The translations under genes and the position numbers were made by a program. Shown here in pieces: positions 13,498 to 23,131 of a stretch of 64,000 nt of DNA. The notes under the pieces are model-generated. The model did not search any database and was not told the DNA's origin. It saw only the letters and a program-made list of their open reading frames with translations. Source of the stretch: an uncultured delta proteobacterium (lineage in GTDB: Bacteria > Myxococcota_A > Polyangia > Fen-1088); the NCBI GenBank assembly GCA_963767925.1, contig CAVYGB010000013.1:64001-128000 (forward strand). The letters run 5' to 3'. Positions within the stretch are counted from its first letter, which is position 1. Each line of letters opens with the position of its first letter.

Positions 13498-14423
13498 CGG
13501 CGGCAGGCGGCGGTGGCGCGGTCCGGGTGGTGGGGGATCGCCTCGCCATCGGAGACCGTTTCACCGTCGCCTTCCAGCGCACCTTGCGCGTGCCCGAGGA
13601 CGGGCGGGTCTACCCGTTGCCGCCCGGCCTCGGCCGCCTGCCGATCCATCCGGTCGAGGCGCTGGCGGGCCCGGCCGGCGCCGCCCTCCGCGAGGTGGGC
13701 GGCTTCTTCATTCCGCTCTACCAGCGCGAGGCAGTCTGGCTCGGCTTCGGAGGCGGCCACTGGAAGCCCAACGCCGTCCAGGTCGGGGCGGGTGAGGTCA
13801 ACGCGGTCAGCGGCGGGGCGTTCGACGATCCGCTGTCGGACGCGCCCCAGAACTACCTGGTCTGCCCGCAGCAGCCCTGGCTGGACGGGATCAACGCGGG
13901 GGCCGGGCAGATCCGGCAGTTCGTGGCGCTGCCGCTGGCCGACCCCCGGACGGTCGAGGCGCAGCTCCGTGGACAGGTCACCCCGGCCGGGCTGCGGCTG
14001 CGGGTGTTCGAGCCCCAGCCCGGCCGCTTCCCGGGCGGCCCCCCGCCCGAACGTCACGGGCCGCAGCGGGCCGCCGGCGCGCTGGGGCTGGGGGCGGGCG
14101 GCCGCATCGAGCAGCGGCTCTACCAGGACGCCTTCGGGCTGGGGAGCTGGGATCTGCGCTCGGCGCGCACGGTATCGATCCACCTGATCGACAGCCGCAG
14201 CTTCCGCGCGCTGACCGGCCAGCCGCCCCCCGACTCCCCGCTCGACGCCGCCGCCTACGCCCGGCACGGCCTGCCCTGGTTCTCGATCTATGACGAGGAC
14301 CTGCCGGGCCTGCCCGCCGCGCCAGCGCTTGCCGGCGTCACGCCCGTGGGCGGGGAGGGCGAGGAGGAGGCGTCGGTGGAGGTGGACCCGGCAACGATCC
14401 AGCCGATCCGCCCGCGACGCTGA
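13494..14423 (+). CDS. Conserved hypothetical protein (FQRTLRxP...PLPPGLG family)
   Basis: Motifs FQRTLRVP, YQREAVW, QPWLDG and GLPWF; ATGA overlap with the peptidase gene. Confidence 0.75.
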   Translation: MTAAGGGGAVRVVGDRLAIGDRFTVAFQRTLRVPEDGRVYPLPPGLGRLPIHPVEALAGPAGAALREVGGFFIPLYQREAVWLGFGGGHWKPNAVQVGAGEVNAVSGGAFDDPLSDAPQNYLVCPQQPWLDGINAGAGQIRQFVALPLADPRTVEAQLRGQVTPAGLRLRVFEPQPGRFPGGPPPERHGPQRAAGALGLGAGGRIEQRLYQDAFGLGSWDLRSARTVSIHLIDSRSFRALTGQPPPDSPLDAAAYARHGLPWFSIYDEDLPGLPAAPALAGVTPVGGEGEEEASVEVDPATIQPIRPRR

Positions 14424-14426
14424 GCG

Positions 14427-14690
14427 CGCACGGGATCCGACAGACGTGCACGACACATGTGCATTGCACGTGCACGTGCCCGTGCCCGGAAGACGTGCAC
14501 GGGATCCGACAGACGTGCACGACACATGTGCATTGCACGTGCACGTGCCCGTGCCCGGAAGACGTGCACGGGATCCGACAGACGTGCACGACACATGTGC
14601 ATTGCACGTGCACGTGCACGTGCCCGGAAGACGTGCACGGGATCCGTCAGACGTGCACGACACACGTGTACGTGCACGGTGCACGAGCAC
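14427..14690. repeat. 69-bp tandem repeat (about 3.6 copies) rich in GTGCAC/CACGTG palindromes
   Basis: CGGGATCCG recurs at 14431, 14500, 14569 and 14638; units are nearly identical. Confidence 0.95.
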
Positions 14691-14861
14691 GGCGAAACAT
14701 GGACCGAACGGTGATTTCTTGCATATCTCGCCGGTCCTCTTCGTTCCTGGCCGCGTTGCTCGTCGGTTAAATACGCCAGGTATTCGCCCTCCTCGCGCCT
14801 TGCCAGGAACGAAGATGCTTCGCCGACATATGCAAGACTTCACCTTTCCAGGGGACCTGGA

Positions 14862-16241
14862 CTAGGGCGCGGTGACGGTGAGGGTGTAGCTCCGGGTGCC
14901 CCAGATGGGGAGGGCGGGGCCCTCTCCGCTGGGCGGGAGGCAGCAGTTCTGGGGGAGGACGACGATGTAGTAGTCGCCGGCGTTGGCGATGGCCTGGGTG
15001 AGCTGCACGTCGGCGCCGGGGGTGTAGGTGAAGGCGCGCTCGAGCTCGGCCCCGAGGGGATCGTGCAGGACGAACGAGCCGGGGATGTCGCCCGGGCCGT
15101 TGCCGAGCTGGATGGTCACGTTGCCCACCGGGAGGCTGACCTTGTACCAGTCCTGCCAGTCGGCCGCCGGCGGCACCGTCGAGGGCTGCATCCCCGCGAA
15201 GTAGCGCCCCGTCACCGGCGTCCCCAGCGCGAGCGGCGTGGCCTGCGCCCGGACGTTGTTCGGCTCGCCCATCTCGGGCGCCTCCTGGAACGAGGCGCGG
15301 ATGCTGTAGGGGCCGATGCGGGCCGCATCGAGGTAGGCGGGCGACACGGCCACCCGGAAGGAGGCCCCCGGCCGGGCGGTGAAGTGGGCGATCGCGTCGC
15401 CGCCGTCCGAGCGGCTGTTCACCTCGACGATGCGCCCGTTGTCGGAGGCCGACTGGATGTTGAGGTGGACGATGCTCCGGGGAGCCAGATCGCTGATGCG
15501 CACGACTACCCAGCCGCCCTGGCTCCCCTCGGCCGGCACCGTGAGCTGGAAGTAGTCCACGTCGTTCGCGGTCTGCAAGCAGCCGGTGTACGTGCTGGCG
15601 AGCGGCAGCGGCGTGGCGTGGTCCCGGTCCTCGTTGGCGATCACCTCGGCCGCGAAGCCCGCCTCGCCCGGCACGCAGAGATCGGCCGAGCCGGCCACCT
15701 GGCCATCGGGAGCCGCGTCGGGGGACGGGCCGGTCTCCGGGGCGTTGCCGGCATCTGGCGGGGCGCCGCCGGCATCTGGCGGGGCGCCGCCGTCCCCGCG
15801 GGTGAGCTCGTTTGTCACCGGGTCGTAGCTGAGGTCGATGCGCGGGTCGGCGCACAGCTTCGTCGCGCTCGTGCACTTGCCGCCCCGGGGACAGTCGATG
15901 TCGGTCTGGCACTGGTTGCGGCACTGCTGGTCGAAGGCGCAGACCAGCGGCTGGGCGCACTCGCTCGTGTAGCGGCAGGTCTCCTGCTCGGGCGGCTGGC
16001 AGGCCGCCCCGTCGCCGGTCTTCACGCAGCGCTGGCCGGCCGGGCAGTCCCGCGACTCCAGGCAGGCGGACACGCAGTACCCCTGCACGCACTGGAGGGG
16101 ACTGTCGCAGTCGCTGGCCCGCAGGCACTTCGGCGTCGGCTTCACCAGCGGGGCGTCCGCGCCGGCGCAGGACATCGTCGTCCCCAGCCACAGCCCCAGC
16201 ACCACCAGGGCCGCCTTCCAGATCGATCGGGCACCGCGCAC
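14862..16241 (-). CDS. Cys-rich lipoprotein with two PPC-like domains
   Basis: GGAGGAGG RBS before GTG 16241; hydrophobic signal ending TTMSC; Cys-rich repeats; DVDYF and DWYKV PPC-like motifs. Confidence 0.75.
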   Translation of the reverse strand: MRGARSIWKAALVVLGLWLGTTMSCAGADAPLVKPTPKCLRASDCDSPLQCVQGYCVSACLESRDCPAGQRCVKTGDGAACQPPEQETCRYTSECAQPLVCAFDQQCRNQCQTDIDCPRGGKCTSATKLCADPRIDLSYDPVTNELTRGDGGAPPDAGGAPPDAGNAPETGPSPDAAPDGQVAGSADLCVPGEAGFAAEVIANEDRDHATPLPLASTYTGCLQTANDVDYFQLTVPAEGSQGGWVVVRISDLAPRSIVHLNIQSASDNGRIVEVNSRSDGGDAIAHFTARPGASFRVAVSPAYLDAARIGPYSIRASFQEAPEMGEPNNVRAQATPLALGTPVTGRYFAGMQPSTVPPAADWQDWYKVSLPVGNVTIQLGNGPGDIPGSFVLHDPLGAELERAFTYTPGADVQLTQAIANAGDYYIVVLPQNCCLPPSGEGPALPIWGTRSYTLTVTAP

Positions 16242-16276
16242 CGCTGTCCTCCTCCGACCCCGATTGTCACGCACGT

Positions 16277-17813
16277 CTAGAACCGCCCCGTCACGAGGGC
16301 GCCGGGCCCCGAATCCAATGAGGGCCCAGCCGATGTCGGGGGCCGCCCGCTCCCGGGACCGCTCGTAGCGGTCGGGATCGTCGCCGGAGACCAGCCAGGT
16401 CACCCCCAGCACGGCCGCCGCCACCCCGACGCCGACGGCGGCCAGCCCCACCTTGCGCCGGAGCTCGCGCCGCTGCACCGCCTGCTGGGCGCCCGCCAGG
16501 TCGCTGTCGCAGGTGAGGTGGTCGCCGCCGCCCCGCGGGTCGCAGGCCTCACCGCGCTCGAAGCTGCCCGCGATCCGCGCCCGGTCGTCGCGGGCGGCGC
16601 CGAGGGGGCCTTCGTTCATCACCAGCAGGACGCCGGCCGCCGCGCCGAGGGCGGCGCCCGCCGCGGTGGCGATCCAGCCTCCGGTGCGCACGAGGCGGGC
16701 GTGCGACACGTAGGCCTCGCGCCGCTCCGGCGTCGGTTGCAGGGTCACGCGCACGTGGGTCTCGGTCCGGGCGGTGACGTTCACCATGCGCTCGCTGGGC
16801 AGGAAGCCGGCGCTCGCCACCTTCACCACGTGCCGCCCCGCGGGCAGGCTCAGCCCACCCCGGTAGACGCCGCGCGCTTCCCCGTCGACCGTCAGCTCGG
16901 CCTCCGGCTCGCTGATGTCGAGGGCCAGGGTGCCGCGGGCCACCTCGGGGTCGGTCCGCTCGCGCAGGGCAAAGGCCAGCTCGGCGGTGGCGCCGTCCCC
17001 CAGGTTCAGGGTGCGGGTCGAGGCCTGGTAGCCGGACCGGCGCAGCTCCACCGCCCGCGTCCCGGGGGGCACCGCGATCGATCCGGGCAGGGGCGTGCGC
17101 GCCACCCGCTCGCCGTCGATCAGGACCTCCGCGTCGGGCAGGCCGGTGCGCACGAAGAGCTGGGCCGGCCGCCGGTCGCTGGGGGTGAGATCGAAGCGCA
17201 CGTCGACCGTCACGCCCCCCGTGACGATCACCTCCCGGCGCACCGGCAGGTGGCCGGGGCTCGAGACCGCGACGACCCGGGTGCCGGCCGCCACCGGCAC
17301 CGCCACCGGCTGGCGGGCGGGCGTGCGGCCCGCCTCGACCCCGTCGACGTCGACGGCCGCGGGCGCGCTGGTGGACAGGCGCAGGTAGCCAACCTTGCGG
17401 GCCTGCTCCTGGCGCCGCTTCTGGGCCACCGCCCGCTGCTCGGTCGACAGCGACTCGGTCCGATCCAGCACCCGGTCGAGGGTGGCGAGCGCCTCGACCG
17501 GCCGGTTCATGGTGGCGTAGAGGACGCCGATCATGAGAAGGGTCTGCTGCTCGGGGGCCAGCTCGTGCGCCCGCCGGAACTCGGCCAGCGCGCCCGCGTC
17601 GTCGCGCTCCTGCAGCAGCGCCATGCCCCGGTCGAAGCGGGCTCTCGCCTCGCTGCGCCGGGGGTCGTCGGGGCGCTGGACCGGCGCCGCTGCGGCGCGG
17701 AAGGTGGTGAAGAGGCTGAGGAAAACCGCCAGGAGGGCCGGGCGACGGGAGAGTGAGCTGAGCAAGGGGGGTACGTTGGAGTGTATCCATGTGAGTTTAG
17801 TAATCCACAACAC
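16277..17813 (-). CDS. TPR + multiple PEGA-domain protein; frameshift near 16308 artificially fuses it to the next gene
   Basis: EARARFDRG TPR, repeated VDG...GRTP PEGA units and TM segments. Removing one G gives the end GFGPGALVTGRF* (TAG 16277-16279). Start uncertain. Confidence 0.8.
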
Positions 17814-18086
17814 ATACCTATATCCAACGAACCATTGTGGAAAAGGCGCGACCGCCGGCGGCCTCCCTGGGGGTCAACACGCCGAGGGCGGACGCACGGA
17901 CCCCACCATCTCGCCCGCCGGCCGGTCGAGCGGCATGAAGCGCCGCCGTCGGCCGGCGATGAGCAGGCAGGTGACCGAAGATGGCGGCGCCGGCGAGCAA
18001 GGCGGCCGTCGAGGGTTGCGGCGGCGGCGCCGGTGCCGCCTGTCCGGCTGCCCGTCGCCCGCCGGGTTGCTGGTAGACTGCCGCCC

Positions 18087-18746
18087 ATGTTTCGTCCCGC
18101 GATGAGCCCGCCCCGCCGAACCTCGATCGGCGCCGGTTTGGGTGTCGGCCTCGCCGCGCTGGCGCTGGCGCTGACGGCCGGCTGCGGCGAGGACGGCCCC
18201 GGCGGCGGCCCCTCGGTGTCGGGCGAAGGCGCCATCGACGACCTGGCGGGCGGCGATTGCGCGGTGGAGGTGGCCCTGCCGCCCAGCGAGGGGCAGGCCC
18301 ACGTCCCCACCTGCACGCCGGTCAGCTACACGAGCCAGCCGCCCGCCTCGGGGTCCCACTACGGCACCTGGCCGAAGTTCCGGGTGTACGACAAGCCGGT
18401 CCCCTGGGGCTTCCTCGTGCACGGGCTGGAGCACGGCGCGGTGGTCATCGCCCACAACTGCCCGGGCGACTGCAGCGCCGATCTGGCAGAGGTCCGCGCG
18501 CTCTACGCCAGCGTGCCGTCGCGGCCGGCCTGCGCGTTGCCCCCGCTCATCGTGACCCCCGACCCGACCCTCGACGTCCCCTTCGCCGCCAGCGCCTGGG
18601 GCGCGACGCTGCGCGCGCGCTGCTTCGACCGGGAGCGGTTCGCCGCCTTCATCACCCGGCGGGTCAACCGGGGCCCCGAGTTCTTCCCCAACGACTGCGG
18701 CGTCAGCGACCTGGAAGCGGCCACCTGGTGCGCCGCAACGCCCTGA
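18087..18746 (+). CDS. DUF3105-family lipoprotein
   Basis: Lipobox LTAGC; PPASGSHY and VHGLEHGAVVI motifs. Confidence 0.8.
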   Translation: MFRPAMSPPRRTSIGAGLGVGLAALALALTAGCGEDGPGGGPSVSGEGAIDDLAGGDCAVEVALPPSEGQAHVPTCTPVSYTSQPPASGSHYGTWPKFRVYDKPVPWGFLVHGLEHGAVVIAHNCPGDCSADLAEVRALYASVPSRPACALPPLIVTPDPTLDVPFAASAWGATLRARCFDRERFAAFITRRVNRGPEFFPNDCGVSDLEAATWCAATP

Positions 18747-18818
18747 GGGCCCGGGCCGGGGCAGAGCCGGCGCTTCTCCGGGGGCGCGGTTCGGGTTAAG
18801 AAGGGCCGGGAGGCCTCG

Positions 18819-20183
18819 ATGCACCGAGCAGGCTTGGGATACGCGACCTTGGCCCTCGGGCTCCTGGCCGCGGGCTGCGTGGCGCCGGGGGAGACCCTCC
18901 TCGAGGGGCGGCTGCAGCGCTCGGTCATCGACCGGCAGGACCGCCTCGAGAGCCGGGTCCTGTACCTGCTCGAGACGCCCTCCGGCGAGGAGGTCGAGCT
19001 GCTCGCCGCGCCCGGGGAGGGCCACCTGCTGGAGGCGCTGGCCAGCGGGACCCGCTTGCGGGTGGAGGGCCGGCCCCTGCCGCCGGGCGAGGGGAGCGAG
19101 CCGATCCACGACCGCGCCAGCCTGCAGGTGCGCGCGCTGCAGGTGCTGGCGCCGCCGCCCGAGGCCAGCCAGCAGGCGCTGATCGTCGATCCCGCGCGCG
19201 CCCCCCCGCCGCGCAAGCTCGGCGTGGTGCTGTTCAACTTCAAGAACGACGACCGCCGCCCGATGGCGCCGGCCGAGGTCCAGCGCCGGATCTTCCTCGA
19301 CACCTACTCCACCCGGGCCTTTTACCTGGAGCAGTCGTACGGCCTGGTCCAGCTCGCCGGCAAGACGGGCCCCCAGGGCGAGGTGTTCGGCTGGTACACC
19401 ATCCCCGCCATCAATCGCCCTTGCACCTACGCCGCCTGGGGGGAGATGGCCCTGGCCACCGCCCGCAGCGCCGGCGCCGATCTCGACGGGTACGACCACC
19501 TGGTGTTCTTCTTCCCCGCCACCGACGCTTGCCCTTTCCTCGGGGTGGGCCAGCAGCCCGGCAACAACACCTGGATGAACGGCATGTCCATCGCGACCTT
19601 CAACCACGAGCTGGGGCACAACGTCGGCACGCCCCACGCCGCGGCCCGCACCTGCACCGGGGCGGACGGCGCGCGGGTCACCCTCGGGACGACCTGCCGG
19701 GACGCCGAATACGGCAACCCCTTCGATGTGATGGGGGCCGGCTTCCGCCACACCCACGCCTACAACAAGGCCCAGGCCCGCTGGCTGTCGGGCAAGAACA
19801 TCCAGATCGTCAACGCCGACGGGGTCTACCCGCTGCTGGCCCAGGAGCGCCCGTCCGACGGCGTCCAGCTCCTGCGCATCGAGCGGGACCCGACGTCCTT
19901 CTATTACCTGGAGTACCGCCAGCCCTTCGGGTTCGACGACTTCGCCGCCGGCGCGCCGGCGGTCAGCGGCCTGATCGTCGTCATCGGCAGCGAGCTGCGG
20001 GGCCTGGGCCGGTCGTACCTGCTCGACATGACGCCTGCCACAACCACCCTGGCCGACGCCCCGCTGGCCCTCGGCAAGTCCTACGAGGACCCCCGGGCGG
20101 GCGTGAAGATCACCCTGGTCGGCGCCACCGCCGAGGCAGCGCAGGTCGAGGTGAAGCTGACCACCCCGGTGGAGGCACCGTGA
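18819..20183 (+). CDS. M11 (gametolysin-like) metallopeptidase lipoprotein
   Basis: Lipobox LAAGC; HELGHNVGTPHA; EYGNPFDVMG. Confidence 0.8.
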   Translation: MHRAGLGYATLALGLLAAGCVAPGETLLEGRLQRSVIDRQDRLESRVLYLLETPSGEEVELLAAPGEGHLLEALASGTRLRVEGRPLPPGEGSEPIHDRASLQVRALQVLAPPPEASQQALIVDPARAPPPRKLGVVLFNFKNDDRRPMAPAEVQRRIFLDTYSTRAFYLEQSYGLVQLAGKTGPQGEVFGWYTIPAINRPCTYAAWGEMALATARSAGADLDGYDHLVFFFPATDACPFLGVGQQPGNNTWMNGMSIATFNHELGHNVGTPHAAARTCTGADGARVTLGTTCRDAEYGNPFDVMGAGFRHTHAYNKAQARWLSGKNIQIVNADGVYPLLAQERPSDGVQLLRIERDPTSFYYLEYRQPFGFDDFAAGAPAVSGLIVVIGSELRGLGRSYLLDMTPATTTLADAPLALGKSYEDPRAGVKITLVGATAEAAQVEVKLTTPVEAP

Positions 20184-21394
20184 GGACCCGCCGAGCCGCA
20201 GGTCGAGGGGAAGCCGGGTCCGGTGGAGGCTCGGTCGGCAGGACCCGCCCGCCGGGCTGGGCGCTGGCCCTCGCCCTGGGCGGGCTGCTGCTGGCCGCAT
20301 GCGAGGACGATCCGGCGCCGCCCCCCGCCGACGGCGCGGGCGGCAGCAGCCCGTCCGCGACGCCCGACGCCGCGGTCGACGCCCCCGCCCCCGAAGCCGG
20401 CGCAGGCGACGCGCCGACCAGCGACGGCCCCGCCAGCGGCGACGCGCTCGCCTCCGACGGCGCCCCGCCCACCTCGACCATCACGCTCTACGAGGTGGCG
20501 GCTCCCATCGCGGACGCCTGCCGGCGCTACGCCGAGGTGCAGTGCGCCCGCTGGAAGGCTTGCACGCCCGACCGCTTCACGCTCGACTACAACAGCGACG
20601 AGACCTGCCAGGCCCGGCGCGAGGCCGCCTGCCGGACCGACTTCCTGGTCGTCGGCCGGGGCGAGGCCGCCGCCAATCGGATGGCCTGCGCCGCGGCGAT
20701 GATGGCCCAGAGCTGCCGGGACCTGCTCTTCGCCCGCCCCCTGCCGGCCTGCGCCTCCCCACCCGGCACGTTGACGGCAGGTCAGCCCTGCCAGCGCACC
20801 AGCCAGTGCGCCCGCGGGCTCAACTGCCAGGTCGAGGTCGATTCCTGCGGCACCTGCCAGCCGTCCATCCCGGCCGGCGGCGACTGCGGCTGGTGGGCGG
20901 GCGGCTGCGCCCCCGGCACCACCTGCTACGACGACCGCTGCCTGACGACTCTCCCCGCGGGTGCGAGCTGCAAGGAGAGCTCGGCCCCCTGCGAAGCCGG
21001 CCTCGAGTGCCTGCCCCAGGGCTGCGCCGAGAAGACCGCCGCCGCCGGCGCGAGCTGCGCCGCCGGCGACACCTGCGACCCCGCGCAGGGCCTCTACTGC
21101 AACTTCGCCACCGAGCTTTGCGAGCCATCTCCGCCCGCCGCCGCCGTCGGCGAAGTCTGCGGCACCTTCACCCCCCAGGGCGGCCTCCTCGCCTGCGGCC
21201 CCGACGGCAACTGCTACACCGCCTCCGGGGCCATCGGCGCCGTCCAGCGCTGCGTGGCCCGCGCCGACCTCGGCCAACCCTGCGATCCCGCCACCGGCAA
21301 GCTCTGCAAACTCCCCTCCGCCTGCGCCCGCGGCACCTGCGTGACGCCAATCATCACCCAATCCCCCACGTACCCGTCTCCCCCCTGCCGCTAG
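20180..21394 (+). CDS. Cys-rich lipoprotein
   Basis: GTG overlapping the peptidase stop; lipobox LLAAC; many Cys in repeated units. Confidence 0.75.
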   Translation: MRTRRAAGRGEAGSGGGSVGRTRPPGWALALALGGLLLAACEDDPAPPPADGAGGSSPSATPDAAVDAPAPEAGAGDAPTSDGPASGDALASDGAPPTSTITLYEVAAPIADACRRYAEVQCARWKACTPDRFTLDYNSDETCQARREAACRTDFLVVGRGEAAANRMACAAAMMAQSCRDLLFARPLPACASPPGTLTAGQPCQRTSQCARGLNCQVEVDSCGTCQPSIPAGGDCGWWAGGCAPGTTCYDDRCLTTLPAGASCKESSAPCEAGLECLPQGCAEKTAAAGASCAAGDTCDPAQGLYCNFATELCEPSPPAAAVGEVCGTFTPQGGLLACGPDGNCYTASGAIGAVQRCVARADLGQPCDPATGKLCKLPSACARGTCVTPIITQSPTYPSPPCR

Positions 21395-21423
21395 TCGCGG
21401 AAGGGTTTGACTCGCGAAACGCC

Positions 21424-21790
21424 GGAGGGCCCCTCACCCCTCCCTGCTATGGAAATGGGGCCGTAATCGCTCGAGATCACGATCTCACCATTTCCGTCAG
21501 TGGGGATGAGGCCGTCTCCGGCGTCACGAAGACTCTCCCCGCTGCCGCGGCGAGGGCGAACGATCAGCGAGGTCCCCGACATCATCCCTCGCGCGTGATC
21601 TCCGGCAGATTCACCCGTGGGTGGGGAGGGCAACACAGCCGGCGGTTGATTTTCGCGCCCGTTGTCCGGGGTGAGGTGTCTTTCGGCCAACCGCTCGATG
21701 TTCCAGGCGCAGTCGCCGCGGCCATCACCTCTCCCCGCGGTCTGCCGTGGGGAGAGGTCGGCGCGTCTGCGCGCCGGGTGAGGGGCCTCC
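21424..21790. repeat. REP/MITE-like element bounded by inverted repeats
   Basis: GGAGGGCCCCTCACCC at the left end and GGGTGAGGGGCCTCC at the right. Internal CTCTCCCCGCT..CGAGGGCGAACG is shared with 8305-8335. Hairpin CCTCTCCCC...GGGGAGAGG near 21728-21757. Confidence 0.65.
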
Positions 21791-21837
21791 GGCGTGGCAA
21801 CCGCCCCTGACGGGCAGCGGCTTTGTCCGCGCGCTCG

Positions 21838-23114
21838 TCAGGGCGCGAACACTTCCAGCTCGCCGAAGCCCGGATCCTCGCTCTCATCCCGCTCGCTGAC
21901 GAACCGCACCCCCGTGGCCTCTGCCACCGCCGCCGGCAACGTCACATCGATATCCCGATCCGGCTCCGGCAGCTCGTAAGCCCCCGACCACAGCACCACC
22001 CCCTCCGCCCCCAGCACCTCGAAGCGCGCCCGCAAGAAGTCGTACCCCGCCGTGTACTCTCGATTCCCCCGCAGGGCGATCCGCCCCACCGTCTGCGGGC
22101 TCGGGAACGTGATCTGATAAAACGGCACCCGCGAGCAGGTGGCCGGCCCCGCCGAGATGCAGTCCCCCGCGGCAGGAAACCAGCTCGTGTAGAGGTCGTT
22201 GTCCGCGCCCCGCGCGATGGTCCAGCCCTCGCCATATTCGGAGCTCGCGCTGGTCACCACCCCCGGCAACGTCGCCAGGTTGCGCCCCAGGTTGAACACC
22301 CGCCCCCGGAAGCCGCCCAGCGCGTTGGTCACCGTGATGGGCCCGCTCTGCCAGACCGCGGGCAAGCTGAACTCCACCGTCTCCAGCACGACGTTGCTTC
22401 CGTTGACCATGCCGATGCGGCCCGCCGGCGCCACCTGGCCCGCCCGGTCGGCGATGCGCACCGACTGGTCGCTGAGGTTGAAGCCCACGACGCGGATGGT
22501 GTCGCCCGCCACCCCGTGGTCGGGCTGGTACTCCAGCACCTCGGGCCAGCCAGCCGGCGGCACGACCAGGAAGTAGCTGGCGTTGCTGCGGGCCGCGGCG
22601 GTCGCCGCCCCGTTCTGCACCACAACCGGCGAGAACCCCGGCTGCGACGCCCGATCCGCCGGCAGCTCCGCCGTCAGGCTCATCGCCGACACGAAGGTGG
22701 TGGCCAGCGGCTGGCCGTCGAACACCACCACCGCGTCCGGCGCGAAGGCCGATCCCCCGATCTCGATCCGCACCGCCGTCCCCCGCGCGGTCGACAGCGG
22801 AGTCATCTTCGTGAGGGCCAGCTCGGCCGGTCCGGCCGCGGCGTCGCCGCCCCCGCCCGCCCGCCGTCGCCCGGACCAGCATCCCCGTCGCCCCCACCCC
22901 CGGCCTCGGGCTCCGCCGCCGCATCGGCGCGCGTGGCAGGCGCCGCCTCGGCCCCCCGCCCCCCGCCGTCGGGGACCGCAGCGTCGGCGGGCGCCCCCAC
23001 CTCCCCGTCGTCGCCGCACCCGGCGAGCAGCCCCAGGGCCAGCGCCCCGAGCCACGCCGCCCGGCGCCCGATCGAGGGGGCGCCACCTGCCCGGAGGTCT
23101 GCTCTGCCGTCCAT
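21838..23114 (-). CDS. Lipoprotein with IPT/TIG domains and F5/8 discoidin domain; frameshift near 22830
   Basis: Lipobox LLAGC in ORF 22803..23114; TIG-like (VVVFDG, SGPITVTN) and discoidin (NLA...SASS...DNDLYTSW) motifs in ORF 21838..23190. Confidence 0.7.
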
Positions 23115-23131
23115 CGCCGCCCCTCCTCGCT

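Noticed and set aside
14427..14690. Possible CRISPR array (69-bp period)
   Set aside because: Whole units are near-identical with no unique spacers, and no cas genes are nearby.
14288..14865. His/Cys-rich or Arg-Ala repeat ORFs over the tandem repeat
   Set aside because: Open frames on both strands follow from a stop-free 69-bp unit; no RBS or coding context.
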